From Paraphysomonas bandaiensis (taxonomy: Eukaryota; Protista; Chrysophyceae), in the NCBI GenBank assembly GCA_965644295.1, contig CBFFRP010000049.1:16037-80036 (forward strand): DNA of 64,000 nt. The letters run 5' to 3'. The notes below the pieces were generated by a model. The model ran no database searches. It was not told the DNA's origin and saw nothing but the letters and a program-made list of their open reading frames with translations. This document shows positions 24,226-34,221 of the stretch, piece by piece; position 1 is the first letter of the stretch, and the number at the start of each line of letters is the position of its first letter. Made by a program: the position numbers and the translations under genes.

Positions 24226-24800
24226 TTACCCAAAGTAAATCGAATTTAACACTTATTTAGTTTATTAATCTTCTAGACAGGAATGCTCAGGCCTACAGTT
24301 GACTACCTAGAGCATTTGTTTGCTCAATAGTAGTCTACAAAAGTTCTGTAATTTGAGGCAATTGTGTAGCAGCACTTTCTTCTTCATTTGTCACTACCTC
24401 AGAACAGTACTGGAACTGCGTAAACAAAGAAGTATGTGGTAGTAGTGACACAATTTTCATCTACTGAAGCTAGCAACACATACAACTACTGATTTCTTTT
24501 CTGCTAAACCTTTCTAAATCTATGAGACTATAGATGTATATTGAAGTATATATCTGAGTATCTCATTTCTATACCAACCGCTTAATATGTTGTGTGTGAC
24601 GCCTATGATCAATTACGTTTCCTCAGGCATTTTCTTTTAAGCATTGGAAACTGTGTTCCTCGGGATTAGAAAACGTCACACACATTGAAAGTTTAGTCAA
24701 TTTTTCGTAACGGGTCAATCCGCTTCATCGTGATGACAAGGTACTTACCTTAATATCCAATCAAATTCTGGACTTTGAGCTCAGCTTTTCCATGTTCATA
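24226..24800 (+). repeat. Direct repeat A, copy 1 (~580 bp)
   Basis: Near-identical to 31663-32274 apart from small indels. Confidence 0.9.
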
Positions 24801-25009
24801 TCCCATACGTTATTTGCTATCTACCTACTGAACCCAACTAGCTACATCATTATCACACGGTATTCAGCGCTGAATATGCAGTGAGAACCCGAGTGGGGAA
24901 CCGCTGAACTGAGCAATGTGTACATAGATAGAAGTGCGCGGTCGCAATACGCAGCAGCACCCACTAGAGGGCCTCACGCAGTAATTAGTTACGCTGTCAG
25001 TATGGGGCA
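24801..25009 (+). mobile_element. ~207-bp MITE-like repeat B, left copy
   Basis: Inverted copy at 31390-31596; own short CCCATAC...GTATGGG ends; partial copy near 61523-61570. Confidence 0.75.
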
Positions 25010-25620
25010 GTATCCTGTTCACAGTATATATAAAATGGTGTCATTGTAATTGAACTGATATATACCAGAGGAAGATTGTGAAAAAAAGAAAAGGACTTGT
25101 CCCTTCTCTCAGGATCCAGTTTTTCCCATTGTGAGTATATGCTAAAGAAAGTTCTCTTATATGTGCCACTCCTTCATTTCCCCTGATTGCTTCTCCCTAG
25201 GACAGTTATCTGGAGCATTTTGTATTTCTGAAGAAATGTTTGCAGCTGGTGAGCTCGATTCAGACATCTTTATTGCGTTAACAGTTCTATTTAATAATAT
25301 CAATGAACTCTCCTACATATATAGAGCGATATGCATGTTTTCTTGTCCACGTGCGTTTTTTCGTGTCCGTGAGAATAGTCGATCCAGCAAAAAACTCCAG
25401 GCTTTTTTGATACATGTTGTTTTTTGACGAATATATTTCAGAGAAATAACGGAAAAAGGTCGATTTTTATGACGGATCGACTTATTCCCACAGATAGAGG
25501 AATGCTAATTTCTTAGCTATGGTGCTTTGTGTGTGACCCATCTCCCAAACAACGAAATTTCTCTGTCAAAATAAATTCCGACTCCACACATTTCCATAAA
25601 AACAGAAAAATTTATAATCC

Positions 25621-25772
25621 TACGTCTGGGCATCCTTTGTATGTTTTTGTTCCAAGATGCCTCTAATACTGAGACAATAATTGTCTGTATTCCAGTCGTA
25701 GTTGTATCTCAGTAATATAGAGTATATTTACTTCAATTAATTCCCGAAAAATAAGATGCAGACTGCCGATAC
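25621..25772 (+). mobile_element. M1 MITE copy 2
   Basis: Matches family M1; ends TGCCGATAC. Confidence 0.8.
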
Positions 25773-25947
25773 CTACCCATCCAGATCTTCGTACCTCCGG
25801 GCTCAGAATGGGGCAACATACACACATACATCGTAGATACATACATAGATAGCTAGATACGAATCAACTAAGAGAATAGTTAAAGCATCACAATCACATG
25901 CTGCTGTATATTCTACATTAATTTTTTAAACAGTTAAAAGTACCATC

Positions 25948-28900
25948 ATGTTAGCAATTAAACAATTCAAAAATTTTGTTCTATTAAGAGACAAGAATAT
26001 AAGAAAGAAACTTAAGGATGAAGTTTGGATGCTACATATGCTTGATAGTATTAGTCACTATCAATTGTTTGTTGTGGTAAATGTCCATGGTCGTACTGTT
26101 TTTAGAGACATCTGTGAGCACGCATCAGACAAAGTATTTGATAAAGTAATGCAACGACTTGAGAATAGGGTCCTAAACTTAGAGAATAACGAAGGCAGGA
26201 GTTTCTGGAGCCTACTCTTCGCTTCCTCTGCCTCAACAACCGAACTAAACCAGCGTTTATCGTCTCTCTTTACTAGACTGAGAAATGATGCTCAGAGTGC
26301 TTGTTGTCGTAAATATGATTGTGGAAACACCCTTCTGAATTTTATGTTAATTGACACTTCCCAGAAATGGAATGCAAAGACGGTTAAAATCATTGTTGCT
26401 GTACTTGGTTCTCGCGTGGAACGGACATTTTTGCAGAAAAATAATGATGGACAGGATTGCTTCGATATTTTAATTGCCCAGGCTACCTCAGTAGAAGAGG
26501 TTAATCAGTGTTTACAAACCGTTTTGACAGGTCTAGGGAAGAATGTACGCGGTGGTCTGATATGTGACAGTATGTTATTGCATCGAGTATTACTGAGTAC
26601 TAAGTGGAATGCAGAGACGGTTAGAATCATTGTTGCTGTACTTGGTTCTCGCGTGGAACGGACATTTTTGCAGAAAAATAATGATGGACAGGATTGCTTC
26701 GATATTTTAATTGCCCAGGCTACCTCAGTAGAAGAGGTTAATCAGTGTTTACAAACCGTTTTGACAGGTCTAGGGAAGAATGTACGCGGTGGTCTGATAT
26801 GTGACAGTATGTTATTGCATCGAGTATTACTGAGTACTAAGTGGAATGCAAAGACGGTTAAAATCATTGTTGCTGTACTTGGTTCTCACGTGGAACGGAC
26901 ATTTTTGCAGAAAAATAATGGTGGACAGGATTGCTTCGATATTTTAATTGCCCAGGCTACCTCAGTGAAACAGGTTAATCAGTGTTTACAAACATTCTTA
27001 ACAGCTATAGGAAGCGAAGCTGCTAGGGACTGTGCCCAAAAATTGCAGTATGGCCAGAATGCTAACACACTAATGCATAGAGTATTACTGAGTACTAAGT
27101 GGAATGCAAAGACGGTTAAAATCATTGTTGCTGTACTTGGTTCTCACGTGGAACGGACATTTTTGCAGAAAAATAATGGTGGACAGGATTGCTTCGATAT
27201 TTTAATTGCCCAGGCTTCCTCAGTGAAACAGGTTAATCAGTGTTTACAAACATTCTTAACAGCTATAGGAAGCGAAGCTGCTAGGGACTGTGCCCAAAAA
27301 TTGCAGTATGGCCAGAATGCTAACACACTAATGCATAGAGTATTACTGAGTACTAAGTGGAATCCAAAGACGGTTAAAATCATTGTTGCTGTACTTGGTT
27401 CTCACGTGGAACGGACATTTTTGCAGAAAAATAATGGTGGACAGGATTGCTTCGATATTTTAGTTGCTCAGGCTACCTCAGTAGAACAGGTTAATCAGCG
27501 TTTACAAGCCGTTTTGACAGGTCTAGGAAAAAATGTAGGCGATGGTCTGATATGTGACAGTATGTTATTGCATCGAGTATTCCGAAATACTTCCTGGAAA
27601 TGGAATGCAGAGACGGTTAGAATCATTGTTGCTAGATTCGGCTCTCAAGCAGCACAGAGATTGAGGGAATACTGTGATGGACAGAATTGTTTAGAGCTGT
27701 TATTAGCTAATGTCACCTCCTCAACGCAGCAGCTAAACCAAGTATTGCAAATGCTATTGACTAGTCTAGGTAGTCAAGCTTCTCGTCTTTGTGCTGCTCC
27801 ATGTAGATCCACGGCCAATAGCCTATTACATTTATCTTTGATCAACCTGTCGGGGAGGTGTAATGCCCACACGATTGAACTCATTCTATCTTCACTAGGC
27901 GACCAGGATCGTTACACATGCAATTTTCGAAATGCTGGAAGCAACTCAGGACTTGACCTCGCACTTTACAATCACAAGGGACACATAAATGAATATACTG
28001 TTTATTTGATTTTGAATATATTGTACGGAGTAACAGAAGATCAAATACGCGAAGGCGTTTCTCTAGACCAAGGCGCATACAACTATTTATTAAATAGTTT
28101 GTTAAAAGCAAGCAACTATTCAGGAGTGCGCTCTAACACACACAAGCCTGTTGTGTTGATATTAGCGCATGCGGCACTCAGTGTAGAAGTGCAAATTGAC
28201 TTTCAAGACAAGGTGCAACAGCTTATTTCATCTTTAACAAAAAGTATCGGGATATTGAAAGTTCTGGCAAACCTCTCATTAAATCCAACCAATAGAAGAA
28301 AAATGTTAGAGCCTGCCAACTTAAAAACAATTATTATTGCTGCCACAAATGCTGAGTTTGAGTTAGGTGGGGTACTTCTGTGGAGGTTGTTATATAGCAA
28401 TGACGTTGACCAACTGGAACCGGTGGAGCACGAAGGTCTCGGGCAGCTATCAAATTACTTCGGCAGTGATCTGAATACAGCAGAGTGGCAAACAAATTTC
28501 ATGTCGACGCAACAGCGTAATCGTCTTGTTATTAAGCAAGAACAGCTGACTGCTTTATGGAGTACTTATAAAAATAACAACACCTCACCGTGCTCAGCCG
28601 TTATATGGGCGCTCATGAGTTTGATTACAACAATACCAAACCTTTCTGTTTTCCACACGACCAACTTTATTGAAAAATTAAGTCAATGGTTACCACAACT
28701 GCCATTGCATGATGCAATTCTTGTTAGTGCAACGCTGAAGACGTTAGTAGATAGGGCAAGTTGTCGTGAAAAGCTAAGAGAAGCAGGCGCCGTAAGGACG
28801 TTTATGCCGCTAATAATAGCCACAAATAATGCCGTTCTTGAGGCGAATCTCTCTAAAATATTTGAAACGATGATGCAAGAGCAAAATAATCGATCAGATA

Positions 28901-30465
28901 TTTTAAGACAAAAAAATATTTTAGAGCTTTCTGAACTTTTTATGAAAAAAATTGCGGCTGAGAATTTCTCATTATCAGCGGCCCTGATGCATTTAGCGTA
29001 TAATGAAAAGATAGAGAGTATTCCTCAAGAAACACTCGCTAACCTTTTTATTGAAACAGAATGTCGATCCGCTTGTGCAACACTGGCTGCAGTGGGAGAA
29101 ATCACAAGTGAAGCGGTGATGGTGCTGACAGAAAACCAGATCATTTTATTGAAAAGCAAATTATCAAATACAACTGATCACCTAGAGCGCGCACGTATGC
29201 TTTGGTTATTTTCGGTTTTTGCAATGCATCCACAAAACCACGCTGTTATGGGCAGGGCCGGCTGCATCAGTTTATTGATGGACTATATTGCCACCGCGCC
29301 ACAATTTATTGAACTTGAGTTAGTCATCTTATTAAATTTGTCTTACCACGCAGAAAATAGACAAAAAATAGTTGATTTAAATGCGCGTTTGCAATTAACG
29401 CGTTTGCCACTGGAGGAAGATACCGAGGCTTCTCAGTTCCGCACAAAAATATTTGTCCACTTGGATAGTGCTCCTGCTGGGCCAAATAGACGAAATCGAC
29501 TGTTTGGTCAGAGAAGGCAGGGATTAAGATTACAACCTTTACGACGATTGTTTGGTGATAATAGAGTCCATCCAGGTGCTGGAGGTGATGAGCCAGATTT
29601 CTTTGATGAAAATGATGCTCGATTTACTCCTGTGTATATTCCTAAACAACTTTTGATCCTTGGTGGCGTTATTGGGGCTGGAACTTATGGCGTTGTATAT
29701 AAGGCTCAATGGATAAGAGACATAGGAGAAAAAACCGTTGCAGTAAAATGTTTTACGGATGTTCAAATTGGAGCAAACAAAGAAAAAAATATCAGAGACG
29801 AAGTAAAAAACATGCGCTTGCTAAGACACACTAATATCGTGACGTTTTTTGGTCTATCAAAAGCAGAGAACAACGATCCTATGATTGTGATGGAGCATGC
29901 TGAAAAAGGCTCACTTCGCCAATATCTTGAGGCTAACGATGTAGACAATGTGACTTGGTCATTACGCTTGAGAATTGCTTATGGGATTGCTAATGGACTA
30001 GCGTATATGCACGAACAACTGTTTGTACATCGTGATCTTAAGAGCCCAAATATTTTACTATCAAACCAACTAGAACCAAAACTATGTGATTTTGGTCTGA
30101 CAGAATTAAAGGTACGGCCGGGAACAACACACACTGATGAAGGTGGACAAACATTGATAGGTTCAGTGAGATGGATGGCGCCAGAACTGGTTCAAAAAAT
30201 TGTGCCACCGAGCACAAAAGTTGATATTTGGGCATTGGGGATGTTGTTTTTTGAGTTAGTTACACATGATCTGCCGTTTAACCATATCATTCCTAATGCA
30301 TTAGTAATAAAAGCGCTCGAAAGAAATGAAAAAGTGACTGTGCCAAGGTCATGTCAGCGCGATCAACCAGCATTTGCTAGCGTTATGTCTTCTTGCTGGG
30401 AAATAGACCCTCAAGCACGTCCTACTGCTGAAGAAGTAAAGACAAGATTGCAGGCGTGTTTATAA
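25948..30465 (+). CDS. Intronless 1505-aa protein: tandem helical (ankyrin-like) repeats, ARM-like region, C-terminal TKL-type protein kinase
   Basis: IGAGTYGVVY, VAVK, HRDLKSPN, DFG, GSVRWMAPE and DIWALG motifs; 237/258-bp tandem DNA repeats at 26368-27600. Confidence 0.92.
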   Translation: MLAIKQFKNFVLLRDKNIRKKLKDEVWMLHMLDSISHYQLFVVVNVHGRTVFRDICEHASDKVFDKVMQRLENRVLNLENNEGRSFWSLLFASSASTTELNQRLSSLFTRLRNDAQSACCRKYDCGNTLLNFMLIDTSQKWNAKTVKIIVAVLGSRVERTFLQKNNDGQDCFDILIAQATSVEEVNQCLQTVLTGLGKNVRGGLICDSMLLHRVLLSTKWNAETVRIIVAVLGSRVERTFLQKNNDGQDCFDILIAQATSVEEVNQCLQTVLTGLGKNVRGGLICDSMLLHRVLLSTKWNAKTVKIIVAVLGSHVERTFLQKNNGGQDCFDILIAQATSVKQVNQCLQTFLTAIGSEAARDCAQKLQYGQNANTLMHRVLLSTKWNAKTVKIIVAVLGSHVERTFLQKNNGGQDCFDILIAQASSVKQVNQCLQTFLTAIGSEAARDCAQKLQYGQNANTLMHRVLLSTKWNPKTVKIIVAVLGSHVERTFLQKNNGGQDCFDILVAQATSVEQVNQRLQAVLTGLGKNVGDGLICDSMLLHRVFRNTSWKWNAETVRIIVARFGSQAAQRLREYCDGQNCLELLLANVTSSTQQLNQVLQMLLTSLGSQASRLCAAPCRSTANSLLHLSLINLSGRCNAHTIELILSSLGDQDRYTCNFRNAGSNSGLDLALYNHKGHINEYTVYLILNILYGVTEDQIREGVSLDQGAYNYLLNSLLKASNYSGVRSNTHKPVVLILAHAALSVEVQIDFQDKVQQLISSLTKSIGILKVLANLSLNPTNRRKMLEPANLKTIIIAATNAEFELGGVLLWRLLYSNDVDQLEPVEHEGLGQLSNYFGSDLNTAEWQTNFMSTQQRNRLVIKQEQLTALWSTYKNNNTSPCSAVIWALMSLITTIPNLSVFHTTNFIEKLSQWLPQLPLHDAILVSATLKTLVDRASCREKLREAGAVRTFMPLIIATNNAVLEANLSKIFETMMQEQNNRSDILRQKNILELSELFMKKIAAENFSLSAALMHLAYNEKIESIPQETLANLFIETECRSACATLAAVGEITSEAVMVLTENQIILLKSKLSNTTDHLERARMLWLFSVFAMHPQNHAVMGRAGCISLLMDYIATAPQFIELELVILLNLSYHAENRQKIVDLNARLQLTRLPLEEDTEASQFRTKIFVHLDSAPAGPNRRNRLFGQRRQGLRLQPLRRLFGDNRVHPGAGGDEPDFFDENDARFTPVYIPKQLLILGGVIGAGTYGVVYKAQWIRDIGEKTVAVKCFTDVQIGANKEKNIRDEVKNMRLLRHTNIVTFFGLSKAENNDPMIVMEHAEKGSLRQYLEANDVDNVTWSLRLRIAYGIANGLAYMHEQLFVHRDLKSPNILLSNQLEPKLCDFGLTELKVRPGTTHTDEGGQTLIGSVRWMAPELVQKIVPPSTKVDIWALGMLFFELVTHDLPFNHIIPNALVIKALERNEKVTVPRSCQRDQPAFASVMSSCWEIDPQARPTAEEVKTRLQACL

Positions 30466-30649
30466 CAAAGGATTATTTATTTTAAGTCATATAACAGATG
30501 ACAACTGTAAAAAACTTGAGTGGTAAGCATTTTTATCTATCGATCCCTCTATCTTTTTCAATTTCTCTATCTCGTCGCGCCTGTATTTGTGCGTCAAGTT
30601 TTGGTGCTACTTTTTGCAGTTTATCAAAAGTATAATTTTTCTTAGAAAG

Positions 30650-31171
30650 GTAACCGCCACTTTAATACCATCTACCACTAATATTTTATAAGCTGAAAAT
30701 TTTCTACCATTTCAGGATGGAACGGGATCAGTTGAATTATCTCTCGCGATGGTCGTGAATAAATAACTTAAATACTCATGCGCATTCATTTGATTGGCTC
30801 AACAGGATTGTATCAGGCTATAGAAAGTCAATGCTTCTTGCATGCCAGATTCGGCGCCTAAGAATAGAAAGTTTTTCTGCCTAAGGCAAAATCGAATTCT
30901 CTGCTAAGTTATTTTCCACTTCGATAGGACCGCTAGTGATGCAAGCGTTTAACTTGGGCAAGTATTTTGTTGCACACGCTATCCCTTCACCAATGCCGCA
31001 TTTCGGCAGCACATGAACTAAGATTTTTTCACACCAGGCCTATTGGGCTTTTAGGCATTCTTCGAACTTGCATTCTCTTCTTAACGCCAAGCGCTGAATT
31101 GAATTCAGTTGCTGCGTTGCTACCAAGTGATCAGCTTTATAGAGTGTCTCAATCAGGCTCAGTGCTTGCTG
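30650..31171 (-). pseudogene. Decayed bacterial IS66-family transposase (TnpC C-terminus) with possible IR end
   Basis: Minus strand: QALSLIETLYKAD..QRLALRRE..*AWCEKILVHVLPKCGIGEGIA...GPIEVENNLAENSI/ALGRK/FLFLGAESG..ALTFYSLIQSC*ANQMNAHEYLSYLF; GTAACCGCC at 30650. Confidence 0.8.
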
Positions 31172-31389
31172 TATTAGAAACAGACATAATTAGTAGTTGA
31201 AATTGAGTATAATACTAAGATAAACACTCTAAGTAGATAATTATAGAATTATAAACAATATCACTTATCATTCAGCAGCTCATTGTATCTCTTCTACACC
31301 AACCGTTTCTAGTACGATCTTACATCGTCACTATCTTGTACAGTCAATATATTTTATTGTCATCACCACAATAGCTATCTTATTGTTAG

Positions 31390-31596
31390 TGCCCCATACT
31401 GACAGCGTAACTAATCACTGCGTGTGCGGCCCTCCAGTGGGTGCTGCTGAGTGCAGCGACCGCGCACCTCTACCTATGTACACATTGCTCAGTTCAGCGG
31501 TTCCCCACTCGGGTTCTCACTGCATATTCAGTGATACCGTGTGATAATGATGTAGCTAGTTGGGTTCAGTAGGTAGCTAGCAAAAAACGTATGGGA
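31390..31596 (-). mobile_element. Repeat B, right inverted copy
   Basis: Reverse complement of 24801-25009. Confidence 0.75.
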
Positions 31597-31662
31597 CTTA
31601 ATCAAGTATTAGTTAGGTACCCACCCGGCTCTACCTAAGTACGCGCTCAGAATGGAGCAAAC

Positions 31663-32274
31663 TTACCCAAATTAAATCAAATTTGACACTTATTTAGTTT
31701 ATTAATCTTCTAGACAGGAATGCTAAGGCAAAGGCCTACAGTTGACTACCTAGAGCATTTGTTTGCTCAATAGTGGTCTACAAAAGATCTGTAATTTGAG
31801 GCAATTGTGTAGCAGCACTTTCTTCTTCATTTGTCACTCTAATATCATGTGTATACCTTAACATAACTACCTCAGAACAGTACTGGAACTGCGTAAACAA
31901 AGAAGTATGTGGTAGTAGTGACACAATTTTCATCTACTGAAGCTAGCAATACATACAACTGCTGATTTCTTTCCTGCTAGACCTTCTAAATCTATGAGAC
32001 TATAGATGCATATTGAAGTATATATCTGAGTATCTCATTTCTATACCAACCGCTTAATATGTTGTGTGTGACGCCTATGATCAATTACGTTTCCTCAGGC
32101 ATTTTCTTTTAAGCATTGGAAACTGTGTTCCTCGGGATTAGAAAACGTCACACACATTGAAAGTTTAGTCAATTTTTCGTAACGGGTCAATCCGCTTCAT
32201 CATGATAACAAGGTACTTACCTTAATATCCAATATCAAATTCTGGACTTTGAGCTCAGCTTTTCCATGTTCATA
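31663..32274 (+). repeat. Direct repeat A, copy 2
   Basis: Matches 24226-24800. Confidence 0.9.
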
Positions 32275-32707
32275 ATACGTGCACTAAGACCAGCCGATAC
32301 ATACTCTGGGAGTAAACTGCACTATAATTGACACCATATGCATTCATCAGTACATATCTGATATGTTTATACTTAATTTATGACTATCTGAATGTCATAA
32401 TGAAGAATTCGCTATAGCAAGAAATTTCTGATTGGAATCAAGCAAGAGGTGTAACTGCTGTTGTGAAAAAGGTATTTTTATGTGGAGAATTCGATATAAA
32501 TCCCTATTTTGTTGTAATAACCATGTATTTGCTTTGACAAAGTATAAAAACTGGGTATTTTCTACCTTAGTATATATAACGTACTGCTGTATATATACTA
32601 CATGGCTCTGCTTGTTGTATGTATACTCTACATGCACAGCACTCTATACGTACATGTATAATATGTATAGTATACCGGTATATGTATATATGCATATGTA
32701 TATACTC

Positions 32708-32874
32708 ATACGTCTCGGCATCCTTTGTATATTTTTGTTCAAAGATGCCTCTAATATTGAGATAATAATTATCTGTATTCCAGTCGTAGTTGTATCTCAG
32801 TAATATAGAAATCTCAGTAAAATATTTGCTTCAATTTATTTTCGAAAAATATGATGCAGTCTGCCGATGCGTAT
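32708..32874 (+). mobile_element. M1 MITE copy 3
   Basis: ATACGTCTCGGCA...TGCCGATGCGTAT termini; M1 body. Confidence 0.8.
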
Positions 32875-32993
32875 ATAACACCCACACATACATACACACG
32901 TACATACATACATGTCTATATAGCGTAACATCACAATCACCTTAAGAAGAAAGAGTTGAATAACCCTATCTCTATATTGCAATATAAGTGATC

Positions 32994-33678
32994 ATGGATG
33001 ATGATGTAATTGAAATCGGTGAAGGTGAGACTATACATACATACATACACATACACATACACATACATGTATAGACTGACAGTCATATACATACATAAGT
33101 ATAAGTGATGGAGTGTATGTATATACAGACATATGCTCAACACACACACACATACATACATACATACAGTCATACAGTCATATATATATATACACATACA
33201 CACATACTCGTATATATACATACTCATATATACTTACTCGTATATACACATACTCTTTATTACTTTTATATAATTCTTATTATGATATACACATACAGAT
33301 GGTGCCTTCGACATCCCATCACCAGAAAAGGTAGCCCCTAAAGTACAGCCTGCACATGTCTCAAGTAAAGTGAAAGTCGAGAGCTCTAATGTGGATACGG
33401 ATACGATAAGCTCTGAACAGATATTGGAAACTGTTCCTAAAGGGGAGTATAAAGTATTTTCTAATGAAAAATCAAGAGAGGTACATATTGTTTTACACTT
33501 ACTTAATGAGGAGGCACCCAGTGACATTAAATTGCTGTCAAATGAGTTGCGGGTGTCATTTAGTGAAGCCAAGTCATTCGTGATCGATGTATCTTCCCTT
33601 GGAGTTGATCCAACAAGTGCCCATGCAACCCACTGGAAAGATTTTTTGTCATTCCGTTTTGCGAAACGTAGTCAGTAG
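32994..33678 (+). CDS. Small protein with CS/p23 (HSP20-like) domain, 2 exons
   Basis: Exon 32994-33018 (MDDDVIEI) splices in frame to 33299-33678; beta-rich C-terminal pattern. Confidence 0.6.
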
Positions 33679-34221
33679 GAATGCCTGAAAGTGGTTAAGC
33701 TAATAGAGAACACTGAGAGTTGCATGAAACGTTTTACCCTGGCGTCGCTAATACGTGCACATGTTTAGAAATTAAAAATTGAAATTAACCCAGGTGTTAG
33801 TAACTTATATGCACGAAGTAAGAGTAAACAAAACTCTCGACTAAGCACAGTGTCTATTCCATAATATGTGATGACCATCCTAGCACAAGATTATAGAAGC
33901 GTGTAGCTCTAATAAAGAATTGATCACATAAAATCACATAAAAAGTGAGTAAAGTGTACAAACGGAAAGAATATTACTGTAGATAAAAAAATACTGATTT
34001 AGAAAATTTAAGTTATTCATTTCGAAGTTCAATATTCGAATAACACGACAACATGTATGATATATGCTACATACTAAACATAGAAACATAGTACTGTGGT
34101 CCTATTCAAAAGGAGTTTTTAACTGTAAAGTCTAGTAAGTTAAGATATATAACTACGACAGTTCGCTGCTGATTACTTACACGTATTTTAGACAGTGTAG
34201 TTCATACATTGTTAAACTTAG

